Assembly: GCA_030637655.1 (NCBI GenBank)
Contig: DAOWGI010000031.1
Coordinates: forward strand, 9,588 to 73,587
Direction of reading: 5' to 3'
DNA from: a candidate division FCPU426 bacterium
Lineage (GTDB): Bacteria > Oederibacteriota > JAAXVQ01 > JAUVAV01
Length of the DNA: 64,000 nucleotides
Part shown: piece by piece, positions 18,051 through 28,436 of the stretch
How the letters are laid out: every line of letters begins with the position of its first letter
How positions within the stretch are numbered: the stretch's first letter is position 1
Notes under the pieces: model-generated
What the model was told of the DNA's origin: nothing
Database searches by the model: none
The model's input: the letters and a program-made list of their open reading frames with translations, nothing else
Position numbers and translations under genes: made by a program

Positions 18051-21000
18051 ATGTTGCCTTTTCTTTCATTCAAAAAAGTCTCAAGCTTTAACTTGAGTCT
18101 ATCTCAGTGGTATTTGCCACGCAGGCAGAAGCTCAAACGCGCGGTGGCTCTGCTTATTGCGCTCTGTTTTGTGCTGCCTACAGTGAGCTGGGCGTTTACT
18201 GTGGATAGTTATTTTTATCCGGATATGCAAAACATCCGGCTGGGTGATAAAGGCAGCAAACAATTGGCTTTGGATTATTCTATTCCCGCGCATCTGGGTA
18301 AAGTGGTGGAAGCCGGTTTTGCGCCCGGGGATTTGACCTTTATTCTGATTCAGGACTTGCACTGTAATTACGAGATTCAATCCAATATTCAAGCCATGCT
18401 TAACCGCCTGATTAGAAGACATCCTGAGATAAAATTGGTGGCTGTCGAAGGCGCCAGTGGGATTATTCCCACCATGGAATTGGCCTATATTCCGGATTCG
18501 CCGGCCAAGCGCGCGGTGGCGGATTATTTTATGCGGGAGGGCAAACTAACCGGCGCGGATTGCCTGGTGATCTGCGACCGGCCCGCGATTGAGCTGTTTG
18601 GCGCTGAGGACGGGCAACTGTATGACCGCAGCCTGGAATTGATCCAGGAATTTACTACTGCGGAAAACCAGGGGCTGATTCTGGAATTGATGGATCAACT
18701 GGATATGCTCCAGGACAAAATTTATAATCCTCAGTTATTGGCTTGGGAACAAAGACGACGGGCCTATTTGCAGGGAAACATAGGCACTGAGGAATATCAC
18801 TACAGCCTGATCCAAAATGCCCGCAGTCTGAGAATTCCGGAGATTCCTCCGGTTTTGCGTAAATCCGGCCGCAGGCACAATCTGGATTATCAAGAGCGCG
18901 AAATCCAGGCTCAATATCTTGAAACCGAGATCCGCGCCCGCCTGGCAAAGAGTGTTGCAGAGAGGCGGCTCATTGAGTACCAGGATTTTGTGGAGATTTT
19001 AGAGCGGATTTTAAATGTCTCAGCCGCGCGTGAAGATATTCTCAAGTATCAAACCCAATCCCGAAAAATTTCCCTGAAACTTATCTTAAAAGAATTAAAA
19101 GCTTCATTGGGAGATATTTATTTCACCACCGTGGAAGATATGGACATGCTGGAGACGGCTGTAGGTAAATCTTTGAAATTTTATCAATTAGCTGAAGAGC
19201 GCAACCACGCGCTTTTGGGAAATGCGGCCCAGCGGGCGCGCAGCCGTAAGGAACAACACGTGGTTTTGGTTACCGGCGGATTTCATACCCCGGCGATTAT
19301 TGATCTGATTAAGGCCCAGGGCCAGTCCTATGTCAGCCTGCGCCCGGCTATGACCAAAGTCGATACTTCCAGCAATTATTTTGAATTACTGCGCAATCCC
19401 GAGCAGCCCACAGACCTGGAAAGACTGCTGGCTGCCGGCCAGGCTACCCCAACTTCTGCCATGGCGGTAATAAATTTAGTGAATACAGTTTTATTTAAGC
19501 CTGCCGTGAAATTTATAAGGGAAAAGCCGGCAAAAATGTACCGCAGCGCTATACATCGGATGCAGAGCGGCCCATTCACGCTGAAACGAACAGAAAAAAA
19601 ATTCATCGAGGCTTCTACTTCGGGCGGGGATAAAATAGGATTTTCGTTTGAAAGAATATGGCGCATTGTAGGGCTGGAGGAGTTTGGCCAGATTCCCCAA
19701 ACGAGTCTCTTGGCTTCAGAGAGGATGCGTGTTGGCGCGTTAGCTTTGCTGGGCTTAAGCCTGATAGTGGTGATTCCGGCGGTTTTAGGCGTTTTAGGCG
19801 TCACGGCAACCGGTGTAGTGACAGTCGGACTGGCCGGATTCGGGCTAAGTGTAGCGGCAGGGATGCTTTGGAGTGAAGCAAAGTATATGAAAGCCATATC
19901 CGAATTTTTTAGACAAAATCCCAACGCATTAAAAGGGGTTGCAGTAACAACATGTATACTGTTGGCGCTCCTTCCTTTATATATGGTTGCAGGTGCCGCG
20001 GCAGCAGAAACAAGCGTAGAATTTGCGGGCGCGATTCAGGGCGTCCCGGCGGCGACATTCACGCCGACATTAGCTGGGGTTCATGGAGCAATCGGCGTGG
20101 CACTAAATTACACGCCGGGTATAGAGGGCTTAAGTATACAGCCACACTCAGGCCAGTTAGGAATTAATTTAAAAAAAATGATTAATTTGTTAGGAACAAT
20201 TTTTCCGGTTTTTATATTTGGTGCAGTAATAGATAGTATACGCGCTTTACTTGTTACGGATCCAAAAATTATTGAAAACACTCAGGATAAAAGTTTCCTA
20301 GAGGTACAAGGTATGGAGCGGAAAAAGATTCCCCTTGGCAAAATAGAACAGGAGATAGAGTACGCTGAGAAGTTTATGTACGGCAACAAAGTCGATTCAT
20401 GGCAAGATTTGCCGTCTAGAGGATATGATGTTGTAATAGAAGAAAAACATGTAATAACAATGAGAAAAATATTGAATTTATTGGGTATGGCAGAATTTCA
20501 AAAAAAGATAGGAACGCGACTATTTTTTAAAAATAATCATTTTCAAGGAATTTTATCTGCAGGAATCGATGAATTAATAAAGGGAGACACAATAGAATTG
20601 GCACCTAGTTTGACAATAGTCAGACCTAAACCAGGAATGTTTGATCCAATATCAGAAGTTGACAACTATAATCCTGCAGGGTATCGGGCAAAGATCGGTG
20701 AAGAAAGATGGAAAGAGTATTTGGAAATATGGGACAAAAAGGTAGTTCAGCCTGCCATAGCAAGAGGTGAAGCTGATCTGTTCATCACAAAGAAACAATT
20801 AGAGGATTTGTCTAGAATAGAATCTACTCAAATAGCCCAAATGGGAAATGATGAAAAAGCACATTTGGGAACAATAATAGAGCAGTATCATGCTATGTTG
20901 CATGAAATATTTCATTTTATGGCTCATGAACTTGTTTTTCTCCGGGAAGATGTAGATGGCGTAAAACGTCCATGGTGGAAAATATTTGCCAGGCATTTCG

Positions 21001-24000
21001 CGCAGGACCCCGGAATACACGAGTATAAAAGTAATACTAGGGTGCTTGAGGAAGAACCTTGGGAATTGATGGGTATAGAGAGTTTTCTTGAGACTTTTTG
21101 CAATAAAGGGTCGGATGTGCTATTAAAATTAGCTTTTCCTTATAACGATGAGCTAAAGCTAGGGCTTGACGAAGGCGTAAAAAAAGTAATTGAATTATTT
21201 GACGGGCAAGTGAGCCCAGAGCTGGAAGCTGAATATATCGCATTCATGGAGCATATAAAGGCAAGAAGTGACCTGGTTCTAAAGTATAAAAAAAAATCGA
21301 ATATAACAAACGGACCAATATATAAAGCAAGTACACATACAATAACATCTGGGTTTCCAGAAGAAACAGAAGAGCTGAGACTTAATGTTAATATTTCCTG
21401 GATGAAAGCCATTACTCGGGCATTATTTATCGGAATTATTGTAACATTCGCGGCTCACTCTATTTTGTTTGGCTTTATAGGCGGTATAGTGTATGGGCTT
21501 TGGCAGATCGCGAAAGTTGGTTTTTTTGCAATATATGAAGGGAAAAAAGAAAAAATTGATACAGCTCTTAAGGATTGGCAGGATAAAAAGGAAAAAGGCC
21601 CAAATAAATGGCTAAAAGAGCATTCATGGATTGGTCAACTTTGTGAAACGCATAACTTTGAGCTGGATAAATTAAGAATCATGGATGAAAAAGGAAGCGT
21701 TTTTCGGCAATTTTTAAGCAAGGGATTTAGCCCGGCAAATTTTGTCGAAAGGACAGATAAGAACACAGGGAAAAAAATCCGCACGATCAACTTACATCCT
21801 GTTTTTTTAATTTTACCTCGCATATTTGCCGAGAGCCTATTAATCCATGAATTGAAACATTTAGAAGACATTCAAGCTTCTCCAACCAGGCCTCCTGAAT
21901 GGCAACTGGAACTTAGGGCGGAACACGCAGCTTTAATGGCGATAATATTGTATCCTAAGAAAATCCGGCAGGAAAAAAATTCCATCCCTAATTATTCTGC
22001 TGATATTACTTCAGATATTGTCAAAAAGGTCGCGCCACGAAGTGTAAAAACATCTACCCCGATCTATGAGGAAGGCATGTTTCATGCTAGAAGTAAAATG
22101 CCAATAGATGAGGTGGCGGGTGTGCCGGATTCGACACCTAAAGAATTGAATTTAGTCTCAGCAAAAGCATATAGTGGTAGTGTTAAAGGCAAACCAATAA
22201 AAAGTCCTGGGATTATGGCTGTAGAATTGACAATCGATGATGATAGTTATAGGCGGACGAAGACGGTAATGCCGGAAGTAGAGGCTATATCCCCGGGAAA
22301 TAAGAAAACAGTAGGTAAGGAATTCAAAAAGTATGTAAACGCAAAAGGATATTCAAGAGTCTCAACCCCAGACGATATGGCTCAGGTTAGCGTAGGTGTT
22401 GAGCAGCAATCAGATTTGCAAGAAATCCCGGCCGCCACCGAACAAACTTCCGACGCGCGGCCTGCTGCCTATCAAGCGAGCAGCACAGATACCCAAACAA
22501 CCCAGCCCTACTCCGCCGGCCAAAGAAACGTCACCCCTGTCCCGCCGCCGGTGGGAGCTATGAATTATCTATGGAATACTTTTAGTCGATTAATAAACGC
22601 CACCGGACCGCCGCAAGTGCAAACCTGGCCAACTGCCGGCCGTATTGCCCGGGATGCTTTGTATTTATGGCAAGCTGCAAAAGCCGGTCTTAGTCCGGGA
22701 GAGGTCTTTACTGTTTATATGGATAATGAAGACTTACTAAAAATTACAATTTATATTATAAATAAAATGGCAGACGCAGATGACGCTTCTTATAAAGCGC
22801 TGCAAACCGCGATCCAAAACGGAACCGTCCAATTCAGCATGCTTCCTTCAGACAAGTTCGGCCGGCCCAGCGCATCTGGAATAAAAGCTACGCCGGGCAC
22901 GGTTATTTTAACTGATCAGTCGACCCGCAAAGACTACTGTGTAGTCCGCGCTGATAAGACTGCCAGTGTTATAACCTCGTCACTTATGCTCAGATTAGAT
23001 ATTTTACATCAATTGTTTCCAGATGCAGTTGTAGCTGAACTGCTGAAGCAGAACAAAATGCTGATTAAGAGTTTAGGACAATTACGAAACCTAAATGAAC
23101 TCGAGCGTCGGCTAAGCCAAGGATATGTTTTCCTGACATCTGAATGGCTGGACCAGCACCTGACGCAAGTGCAGCAAAATCAGGCGCAATTATTTGCTCC
23201 TGGAAAGTGCAGAGTTTTTAATGGTGAACAAGACATAGCCACGCGGTCTGATCTTCAACGGAGGATAAAGGCGGAAATGGATAAATATTTAGCCAGGATG
23301 GATAAGGAGAAAAAAACCGAACTGCATATTACTCTAGAGGAGATTCAGGCCGCGGTGGAGGCTGCTTCGCTGGCAACAGAAGGTCCTGTATTGCTAATCA
23401 GCGCTGATGCGGAGGTGTTTGAGGCAAGCGCGAGGGTAGTTGAGAAACAAAAAAGTCCGGGAACTTTCCTGAACATGCAGGAATGGTTGGAAAGCACAAC
23501 AGGTGAAGAAAAACTCAGAGTTATTATCAATGAACTAATGATGGCGCGGCTGGAAAGCGGACAATTTGGCATTGGTGCAGAAGAGCTGAAAAGGCTTGCC
23601 GAAGAAGAAGTAAGCCCAACAAGTTGGTTTGAAGAGCAAGCCGAAAAAGCAAATGTTAATGCTAAAGTGCTATTGCTCAGCAAGCATGGCGTGAAGCTTC
23701 CGCCCGGCTTCAGAGAGCGGGGGACACCTATGTTACTCCGTGGTCAATACATGGGCCCGGTCGTAGAAGGGCGTAAATTGGAGTTCGAAGCAGTCGGCAG
23801 GCAGCCGGTGCCGGAATTTACAACTCCACTCATGAAGACGAAAGGCGGAGAAAAGGTTCTTTCTCTGATCTTTCTCCTGATTACCGCTGGTTTTAACACT
23901 GTGACCACAGGATTTGCAACAGCTACTAAGTCACGGATTGAAAATCTCCGCCGGGTGGCTGCAGCAAAAGCTCGGACGCCAATTCCTTTTGTCACTATCT

Positions 24001-24818
24001 CAATGCATTATATTATTGGTATTACGACCGGTTTTAAAATCGTATTAAGCCCGAAGTTTTTTAAGGCCTTAAGGATGATATGGGAGATTTCGTCTGGCCG
24101 CGGTATAAATATTTCAGAATTATGGGTTGGCGGGCATCTGGAAAAATCTTTGGCAGCGCTTGCGGAACATAAAGATTTGGTAAACAAAGGGGAAACTAAA
24201 AATCTTCCCTCAAGCTTGCAGATGCTGGTAAGCTTTAAGCAGGAATTTTTACAGAAGAGATTCGGGTTTTTAATGAAGTTGCTGAACATCTCGTCATTGG
24301 ATCGCTATAACCAGGAACTGCTGATAATTCTGCACGCTTTAGAAGAAACTGTGCAGTACATTATGGCGGAGATTGATCCGGCCATGGTCATTCAGGTGGA
24401 ACTCGAGAAATTAGCGCGATCAAAGCCGGAAGATGCTCTCAGACTGGAAACCAAGCTCGCTTTGGTTTTAAAGCAACTGGCGCGCAAGCCTTCCAAAAAG
24501 TATCTGCACCGCCTGCTTAGAACTCTGTTAACACAAGCAGGGAACGCGGCGGACGCGACCCCGGCGGAATATAGATACTGTGAAAACGTTTTTCGGCTTA
24601 TGGGAAAAGTCACTCCTGACAAGCAGAGATTATGCCGCATCAGGCTATCGCATGCTGAGCCGGCTCTGGAAGTAAATCTGCCTGAAATGATTTTTAAAGA
24701 CAAATTTTTATTTAACCAGTTGCATGGCATGTTTCCATACGCTGTTTACAATGAAAACAATAAGCTAATAGAACCTCTCTCTGAGCCGCAGTTATTGCGT
24801 TTCACAGGCGCTGCTTAA
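18051..24818 (+). CDS. giant (~2255 aa) membrane protein, paralog of 7944: TraB/Tiki/ChaN-like domain plus two HExxH modules
   Basis: GGAGG 8 nt before ATG 18051; IQDLHCNYEIQSNI, VEG, GAED, ERN, GGFH; HEIFH (20901) and HELKH (21846); ends FTGAA. Confidence 0.85.
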   Translation: MLPFLSFKKVSSFNLSLSQWYLPRRQKLKRAVALLIALCFVLPTVSWAFTVDSYFYPDMQNIRLGDKGSKQLALDYSIPAHLGKVVEAGFAPGDLTFILIQDLHCNYEIQSNIQAMLNRLIRRHPEIKLVAVEGASGIIPTMELAYIPDSPAKRAVADYFMREGKLTGADCLVICDRPAIELFGAEDGQLYDRSLELIQEFTTAENQGLILELMDQLDMLQDKIYNPQLLAWEQRRRAYLQGNIGTEEYHYSLIQNARSLRIPEIPPVLRKSGRRHNLDYQEREIQAQYLETEIRARLAKSVAERRLIEYQDFVEILERILNVSAAREDILKYQTQSRKISLKLILKELKASLGDIYFTTVEDMDMLETAVGKSLKFYQLAEERNHALLGNAAQRARSRKEQHVVLVTGGFHTPAIIDLIKAQGQSYVSLRPAMTKVDTSSNYFELLRNPEQPTDLERLLAAGQATPTSAMAVINLVNTVLFKPAVKFIREKPAKMYRSAIHRMQSGPFTLKRTEKKFIEASTSGGDKIGFSFERIWRIVGLEEFGQIPQTSLLASERMRVGALALLGLSLIVVIPAVLGVLGVTATGVVTVGLAGFGLSVAAGMLWSEAKYMKAISEFFRQNPNALKGVAVTTCILLALLPLYMVAGAAAAETSVEFAGAIQGVPAATFTPTLAGVHGAIGVALNYTPGIEGLSIQPHSGQLGINLKKMINLLGTIFPVFIFGAVIDSIRALLVTDPKIIENTQDKSFLEVQGMERKKIPLGKIEQEIEYAEKFMYGNKVDSWQDLPSRGYDVVIEEKHVITMRKILNLLGMAEFQKKIGTRLFFKNNHFQGILSAGIDELIKGDTIELAPSLTIVRPKPGMFDPISEVDNYNPAGYRAKIGEERWKEYLEIWDKKVVQPAIARGEADLFITKKQLEDLSRIESTQIAQMGNDEKAHLGTIIEQYHAMLHEIFHFMAHELVFLREDVDGVKRPWWKIFARHFAQDPGIHEYKSNTRVLEEEPWELMGIESFLETFCNKGSDVLLKLAFPYNDELKLGLDEGVKKVIELFDGQVSPELEAEYIAFMEHIKARSDLVLKYKKKSNITNGPIYKASTHTITSGFPEETEELRLNVNISWMKAITRALFIGIIVTFAAHSILFGFIGGIVYGLWQIAKVGFFAIYEGKKEKIDTALKDWQDKKEKGPNKWLKEHSWIGQLCETHNFELDKLRIMDEKGSVFRQFLSKGFSPANFVERTDKNTGKKIRTINLHPVFLILPRIFAESLLIHELKHLEDIQASPTRPPEWQLELRAEHAALMAIILYPKKIRQEKNSIPNYSADITSDIVKKVAPRSVKTSTPIYEEGMFHARSKMPIDEVAGVPDSTPKELNLVSAKAYSGSVKGKPIKSPGIMAVELTIDDDSYRRTKTVMPEVEAISPGNKKTVGKEFKKYVNAKGYSRVSTPDDMAQVSVGVEQQSDLQEIPAATEQTSDARPAAYQASSTDTQTTQPYSAGQRNVTPVPPPVGAMNYLWNTFSRLINATGPPQVQTWPTAGRIARDALYLWQAAKAGLSPGEVFTVYMDNEDLLKITIYIINKMADADDASYKALQTAIQNGTVQFSMLPSDKFGRPSASGIKATPGTVILTDQSTRKDYCVVRADKTASVITSSLMLRLDILHQLFPDAVVAELLKQNKMLIKSLGQLRNLNELERRLSQGYVFLTSEWLDQHLTQVQQNQAQLFAPGKCRVFNGEQDIATRSDLQRRIKAEMDKYLARMDKEKKTELHITLEEIQAAVEAASLATEGPVLLISADAEVFEASARVVEKQKSPGTFLNMQEWLESTTGEEKLRVIINELMMARLESGQFGIGAEELKRLAEEEVSPTSWFEEQAEKANVNAKVLLLSKHGVKLPPGFRERGTPMLLRGQYMGPVVEGRKLEFEAVGRQPVPEFTTPLMKTKGGEKVLSLIFLLITAGFNTVTTGFATATKSRIENLRRVAAAKARTPIPFVTISMHYIIGITTGFKIVLSPKFFKALRMIWEISSGRGINISELWVGGHLEKSLAALAEHKDLVNKGETKNLPSSLQMLVSFKQEFLQKRFGFLMKLLNISSLDRYNQELLIILHALEETVQYIMAEIDPAMVIQVELEKLARSKPEDALRLETKLALVLKQLARKPSKKYLHRLLRTLLTQAGNAADATPAEYRYCENVFRLMGKVTPDKQRLCRIRLSHAEPALEVNLPEMIFKDKFLFNQLHGMFPYAVYNENNKLIEPLSEPQLLRFTGAA

Positions 24819-24862
24819 TATCAGCGCGCACAGCAGCGGATACAGATGGACCTTTGATATTT

Positions 24863-24888
24863 GTAGGGGCGCCCTTTACGGGCGCCCT
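24863..24888 (+). repeat. GTAG-type REP
   Basis: GTAGGGGCGCCCTTTACGGGCGCCCT. Confidence 0.85.
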
Positions 24889-25045
24889 GAATTATTTTAC
24901 TCCATGCATTTCCTTCCCCCGGCGTGTCATAAATGTTATTATTAAGGTTATTATTGTCCAAATTAAAAATCAGTAACCACGGATGAACACAGATTAACAC
25001 GGATTTTAAAAGCTGTTTCAGCATACTCTGGTTTTCCGCAACAGA

Positions 25046-25219
25046 AACCAGGAGCCTGTAGGACTTAAGTATAAAATCGGAGTTTGAGCGATCTTCCCCC
25101 TTTGAAAAAGGGGGATTGAGGGGGATTTTGCATATGAAAGCGGGCGTTTTATTGATTAAATCCCCCCTGCCCCCTTTACAAACGGGGGAGAATAACTTAA
25201 ATTCGACAGGCTCCTGGTT
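25046..25219. mobile_element. MITE-like element upstream of clpB
   Basis: IRs AACCAGGAGCCTGTAGGACTTAAGT / ACTTAAATTCGACAGGCTCCTGGTT enclose two inverted CCCCCTTT..GGGGG hairpin units. Confidence 0.7.
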
Positions 25220-25246
25220 AAAATTTTTAAATAGGAGGTTGAGCCG

Positions 25247-27823
25247 GTGCGTTATGATCGATTCACAATTAAAAGCCAGGAAGCCATTCAACAGGCGGCT
25301 GAAACAGCCCAAGAGAACGGCAATCCGGAGCTGACGCCTTTACATTTGTTATTCTCTCTACTCCAGGAGGAAGGTGTCATCCGTTCCTGGTTAAGCAAAT
25401 TGGGTGTGGAGGCCCAAACACTGTTGAGAATCGCGCAAGCGGAAGTAGATCATCTGCCCAAGGTCAGCGGCGCCAACGCCCAGCCGGCGCCCAGCCAGGA
25501 GTTTAGCTTGCTGCTGGATTTGGCCTGGAAAAAATCACAAGCCATGCAGGATGAGTATGTGTCAACCGAGCATTTGTTTCTCGCTGCGGCGGAAGATAAA
25601 GGCGCGGCCGGCAAGGTTTTATCAGCTTCAGGAATACAAAAAGAGGCGCTCCTGTCGGCTTTGCAGGAAATTCGCGGCACGCACCGCGTGACTGATCAGA
25701 ATCCGGAGGATAAATACCAGGCCTTAAAACGCTATTGTCTGGATTTGACTGAGCAGGCGCGTTTGGGCAAACTCGATCCGGTGATCGGGCGGGATCAGGA
25801 AATCCGCCGCGTTATTCAAGTGTTATCCAGACGCAAAAAAAACAATCCCGTGCTTTTAGGTGAACCCGGCGTGGGTAAGACAGCCATTGCCGAAGGACTG
25901 GCCAAAAGAATTGTGGACCAGGATGTGCCTGAAGGATTGAAAAAGAAACAGGTGTTGTCTTTGGACCTGGGCGCGCTTTTGGCCGGCGCCAAATACCGGG
26001 GAGAATTTGAAGACCGGCTCAAAGCAGTGCTCAAAGAGATTGCCGCTGCCAGTGGAGAAGTTATTTTATTTATTGATGAATTGCATACGGTGGTGGGCGC
26101 GGGCGCGGCGGAAGGCGCCATTGATGCTTCGAACATGCTCAAACCCGCCCTGGCACGGGGTGAATTGCGCTGTGTTGGCGCCACGACCTTGAATGAATAT
26201 AAGAAATATATTGAAAAAGACGCGGCTTTGGAAAGACGCTTCCAAGTCGTTTTGGTGGGCGAACCTACGGTTGCGGATACGGTTTCCATTCTGCGCGGTT
26301 TGCGCGAGCGCTATGAGTTGCATCATGGCGTAAAAATTAAGGATGCCGCCCTGGTCGCGGCAGCAGAACTAAGTCACCGGTATATTCAAGGACGTTTTTT
26401 ACCGGATAAAGCTATTGATCTGGTGGATGAGTCGGCAGCCTGTTTGCGTACGGAAATCGACAGCCTGCCGGCTGAATTGGATGAAGTGGAGCGAAAGGCG
26501 CGTCAATTGGAAATCGAGCGCCAGGCGCTCAAACGGGAAAGCGGTCAGGCCGCGCAAGCGCGCAGTCAGGAATTGGAAAAAGAGTTGAAAATACATACTC
26601 AAAAGCGTGATACCATGCGCCAACAGTGGCAGCAGGAAAAACAGGATATTGAACAGGTGCAAAAGATCAAGGAGCAACTGGACCGGTTAAAGCAGGAAGA
26701 AGCCAACGCGGAACGGGAAGGCAATTTGGAGCGTGTGGCGGAAATTCGTTACGGCCGTTTGCGGGAACTGCAGGCTGAATTGGAGAAAACCGAACAGGCG
26801 TTAACAGAAAAAAGCCAGGGCCAGGCCTTGCTCAAGGATGATGTGGATGAGGAAGATGTGGCTGAAGTGGTGGCACGCTGGACTGGAATTCCGGTAACTA
26901 AACTATTGCAAGGCGATATGACCAAACTAATGACTATGGAAGAGGTGTTGAAAAAACGTGTGGTCGGACAGGATGAAGCGGTACAAGCGGTTTCAGACGC
27001 TGTGCGCCGGGCGCGGTCAGGTTTGGCTGAACCCAACCGGCCGGTGGGATCGTTCATGTTCTTAGGACCCACGGGTGTGGGTAAAACCGAATTGGCGCGG
27101 GCTTTGGCGGAATTTCTGTTCAATGACGAAGCAGCTATGGTGCGGATTGACATGTCCGAATACATGGAAAAGCATTCAGTGGCACGCTTGATTGGCGCTC
27201 CGCCCGGATACGTGGGCTATGAAGAAGGGGGTCAATTAACCGAAGCAGTGCGGCGCAAACCATACAGCCTTATTCTATTCGATGAAATTGAAAAAGCGCA
27301 TTCTGAAGTATTTTCTGTTTTGTTGCAGGTATTGGATGATGGCCGCTTAACTGACGGCCAGGGCCGGACAGTGGATTTTCGCCAGTCCCTGATCATTATG
27401 ACCAGTAATATAGGCGGTCAAACCATATCTCAGATGAGCGGGCGTTCGGAAGAGGAAATGCGCCAAGCGGTTATGACGGAATTGCGTGCGCAGTTCAAAC
27501 CGGAATTTTTAAACCGTTTGGATGATCTGATTCTGTTTCACCGATTGTCCGAACAGGTTATCGCGCGGATTGTTGACCGCCAAGTAGCCCGGTTGCAGGC
27601 GCGGTTGGCCCCAAGGCATCTGCGAATTGAACTGGATGATAAAGCCCGGCAATTGTTGGCCAAAGAAGGATATGATCCGGTTTATGGCGCGCGTCCCTTG
27701 AAGCGCGTGCTGCAGCGCCTGGTGACTGATCCACTGGCCAAACGTTTGATTGCCGGAGAGTTTGTTGTGGGGGATAAAATTCTAGTGCAGGTTGTGGATG
27801 GAAACCTGAAGTTGTTAAAGTAG
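25247..27823 (+). CDS. clpB: ATP-dependent chaperone ClpB
   Basis: Clp-N domain; Walker A motifs GEPGVGKT and GPTGVGKT; long coiled-coil middle domain; [34 protein letters not shown]. Confidence 0.97.
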   Translation: MRYDRFTIKSQEAIQQAAETAQENGNPELTPLHLLFSLLQEEGVIRSWLSKLGVEAQTLLRIAQAEVDHLPKVSGANAQPAPSQEFSLLLDLAWKKSQAMQDEYVSTEHLFLAAAEDKGAAGKVLSASGIQKEALLSALQEIRGTHRVTDQNPEDKYQALKRYCLDLTEQARLGKLDPVIGRDQEIRRVIQVLSRRKKNNPVLLGEPGVGKTAIAEGLAKRIVDQDVPEGLKKKQVLSLDLGALLAGAKYRGEFEDRLKAVLKEIAAASGEVILFIDELHTVVGAGAAEGAIDASNMLKPALARGELRCVGATTLNEYKKYIEKDAALERRFQVVLVGEPTVADTVSILRGLRERYELHHGVKIKDAALVAAAELSHRYIQGRFLPDKAIDLVDESAACLRTEIDSLPAELDEVERKARQLEIERQALKRESGQAAQARSQELEKELKIHTQKRDTMRQQWQQEKQDIEQVQKIKEQLDRLKQEEANAEREGNLERVAEIRYGRLRELQAELEKTEQALTEKSQGQALLKDDVDEEDVAEVVARWTGIPVTKLLQGDMTKLMTMEEVLKKRVVGQDEAVQAVSDAVRRARSGLAEPNRPVGSFMFLGPTGVGKTELARALAEFLFNDEAAMVRIDMSEYMEKHSVARLIGAPPGYVGYEEGGQLTEAVRRKPYSLILFDEIEKAHSEVFSVLLQVLDDGRLTDGQGRTVDFRQSLIIMTSNIGGQTISQMSGRSEEEMRQAVMTELRAQFKPEFLNRLDDLILFHRLSEQVIARIVDRQVARLQARLAPRHLRIELDDKARQLLAKEGYDPVYGARPLKRVLQRLVTDPLAKRLIAGEFVVGDKILVQVVDGNLKLLK

Positions 27824-27989
27824 GGGCGCCCTTTACGGGTGTCCTTAAAAGCAATAGGGGAGAACCTTGCTTGCCTTGCCGAAGCTTTAGCATAGGCAGG
27901 TGTTCGCTCTTAAAGTAGGGAACAAATTGTCATGTAGGGGCGAACCTTGTGTTCGCCCTAAAGGCAGTAGGGGCGCACTGAGTGCGCCC
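27820..27989 (+). repeat. cluster of GTAG-type REPs, one with a nested insert
   Basis: GTAGGG/TAGGGG starts at 27820, 27855, 27915, 27934, 27967; insert 27870-27900. Confidence 0.85.
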
Positions 27990-28024
27990 GTGGCTAAACC
28001 GGTTATTCAAAAGGTGCCTGGCTG

Positions 28025-28158
28025 AAGGATGGTGGCATGTCTGTTTTTTCCAAACGCCGCTTGAGCGTCGGATCAACGGGCAACACTATGGCTGCAAATC
28101 AACGATTGAGGTTGTTTTCCGCTTACCATTTGGAAAAAACAGACATGCCACCATCCTT
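28025..28158 (-). repeat. long hairpin element, copy A (perfect 30-bp stem)
   Basis: 28025-28054 is the exact reverse complement of 28129-28158; homologous to 28261-28394 in the opposite orientation. Confidence 0.85.
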
Positions 28159-28260
28159 TTAAAAAGTACGTTGTACTATGATCGCTTTTGAGAATTAGAT
28201 TATTAAGAAGAAGGTGTTTGGTTAATAATATACGGAGATGGTATAATAAACCACTGCTAT

Positions 28261-28394
28261 AGGTATGAGGCATGTGAGTTTTTTCACAACGGGAAGCCGA
28301 AAAACCAGTACATCCTGTTGCTTTTCAATCGTCCCCTTGCCTGTTTGCCTGACGCTCAAGCGGCGTTGTGAAAAAACTCACATGCCTCATACCT
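28261..28394 (+). repeat. long hairpin element, copy B (perfect 31-bp stem)
   Basis: 28261-28291 is the exact reverse complement of 28364-28394; shares GACGCTCAAGCGGCGTT with copy A. Confidence 0.85.
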
Positions 28395-28436
28395 GTACAC
28401 ACCCGGCTATAGTATATTTATCATAAGGATTATCGT

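Noticed and set aside
7944-24818. Numerous antisense ORFs within the giant genes
   Set aside because: Shadow ORFs of long coding frames with no RBS or recognisable motifs.
24821-25334. ORFs of 163 aa and 72 aa upstream of or overlapping clpB
   Set aside because: They are translations of repeat/MITE DNA with no protein motif.
25247-27823. ClpB as a T6SS ClpV or dedicated ATPase of the giant proteins
   Set aside because: Sequence is a canonical ClpB, no T6SS genes are nearby, and adjacency alone is insufficient evidence.
27820-27989. Clustered GTAGGG repeats as a CRISPR array
   Set aside because: Units differ in sequence and spacing, match dispersed REPs, and no cas genes are present.
28025-28394. 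Retron msr/msd or DGR interpretation of the hairpin pair
   Set aside because: No reverse transcriptase in the window and no adenine-specific variation pattern.
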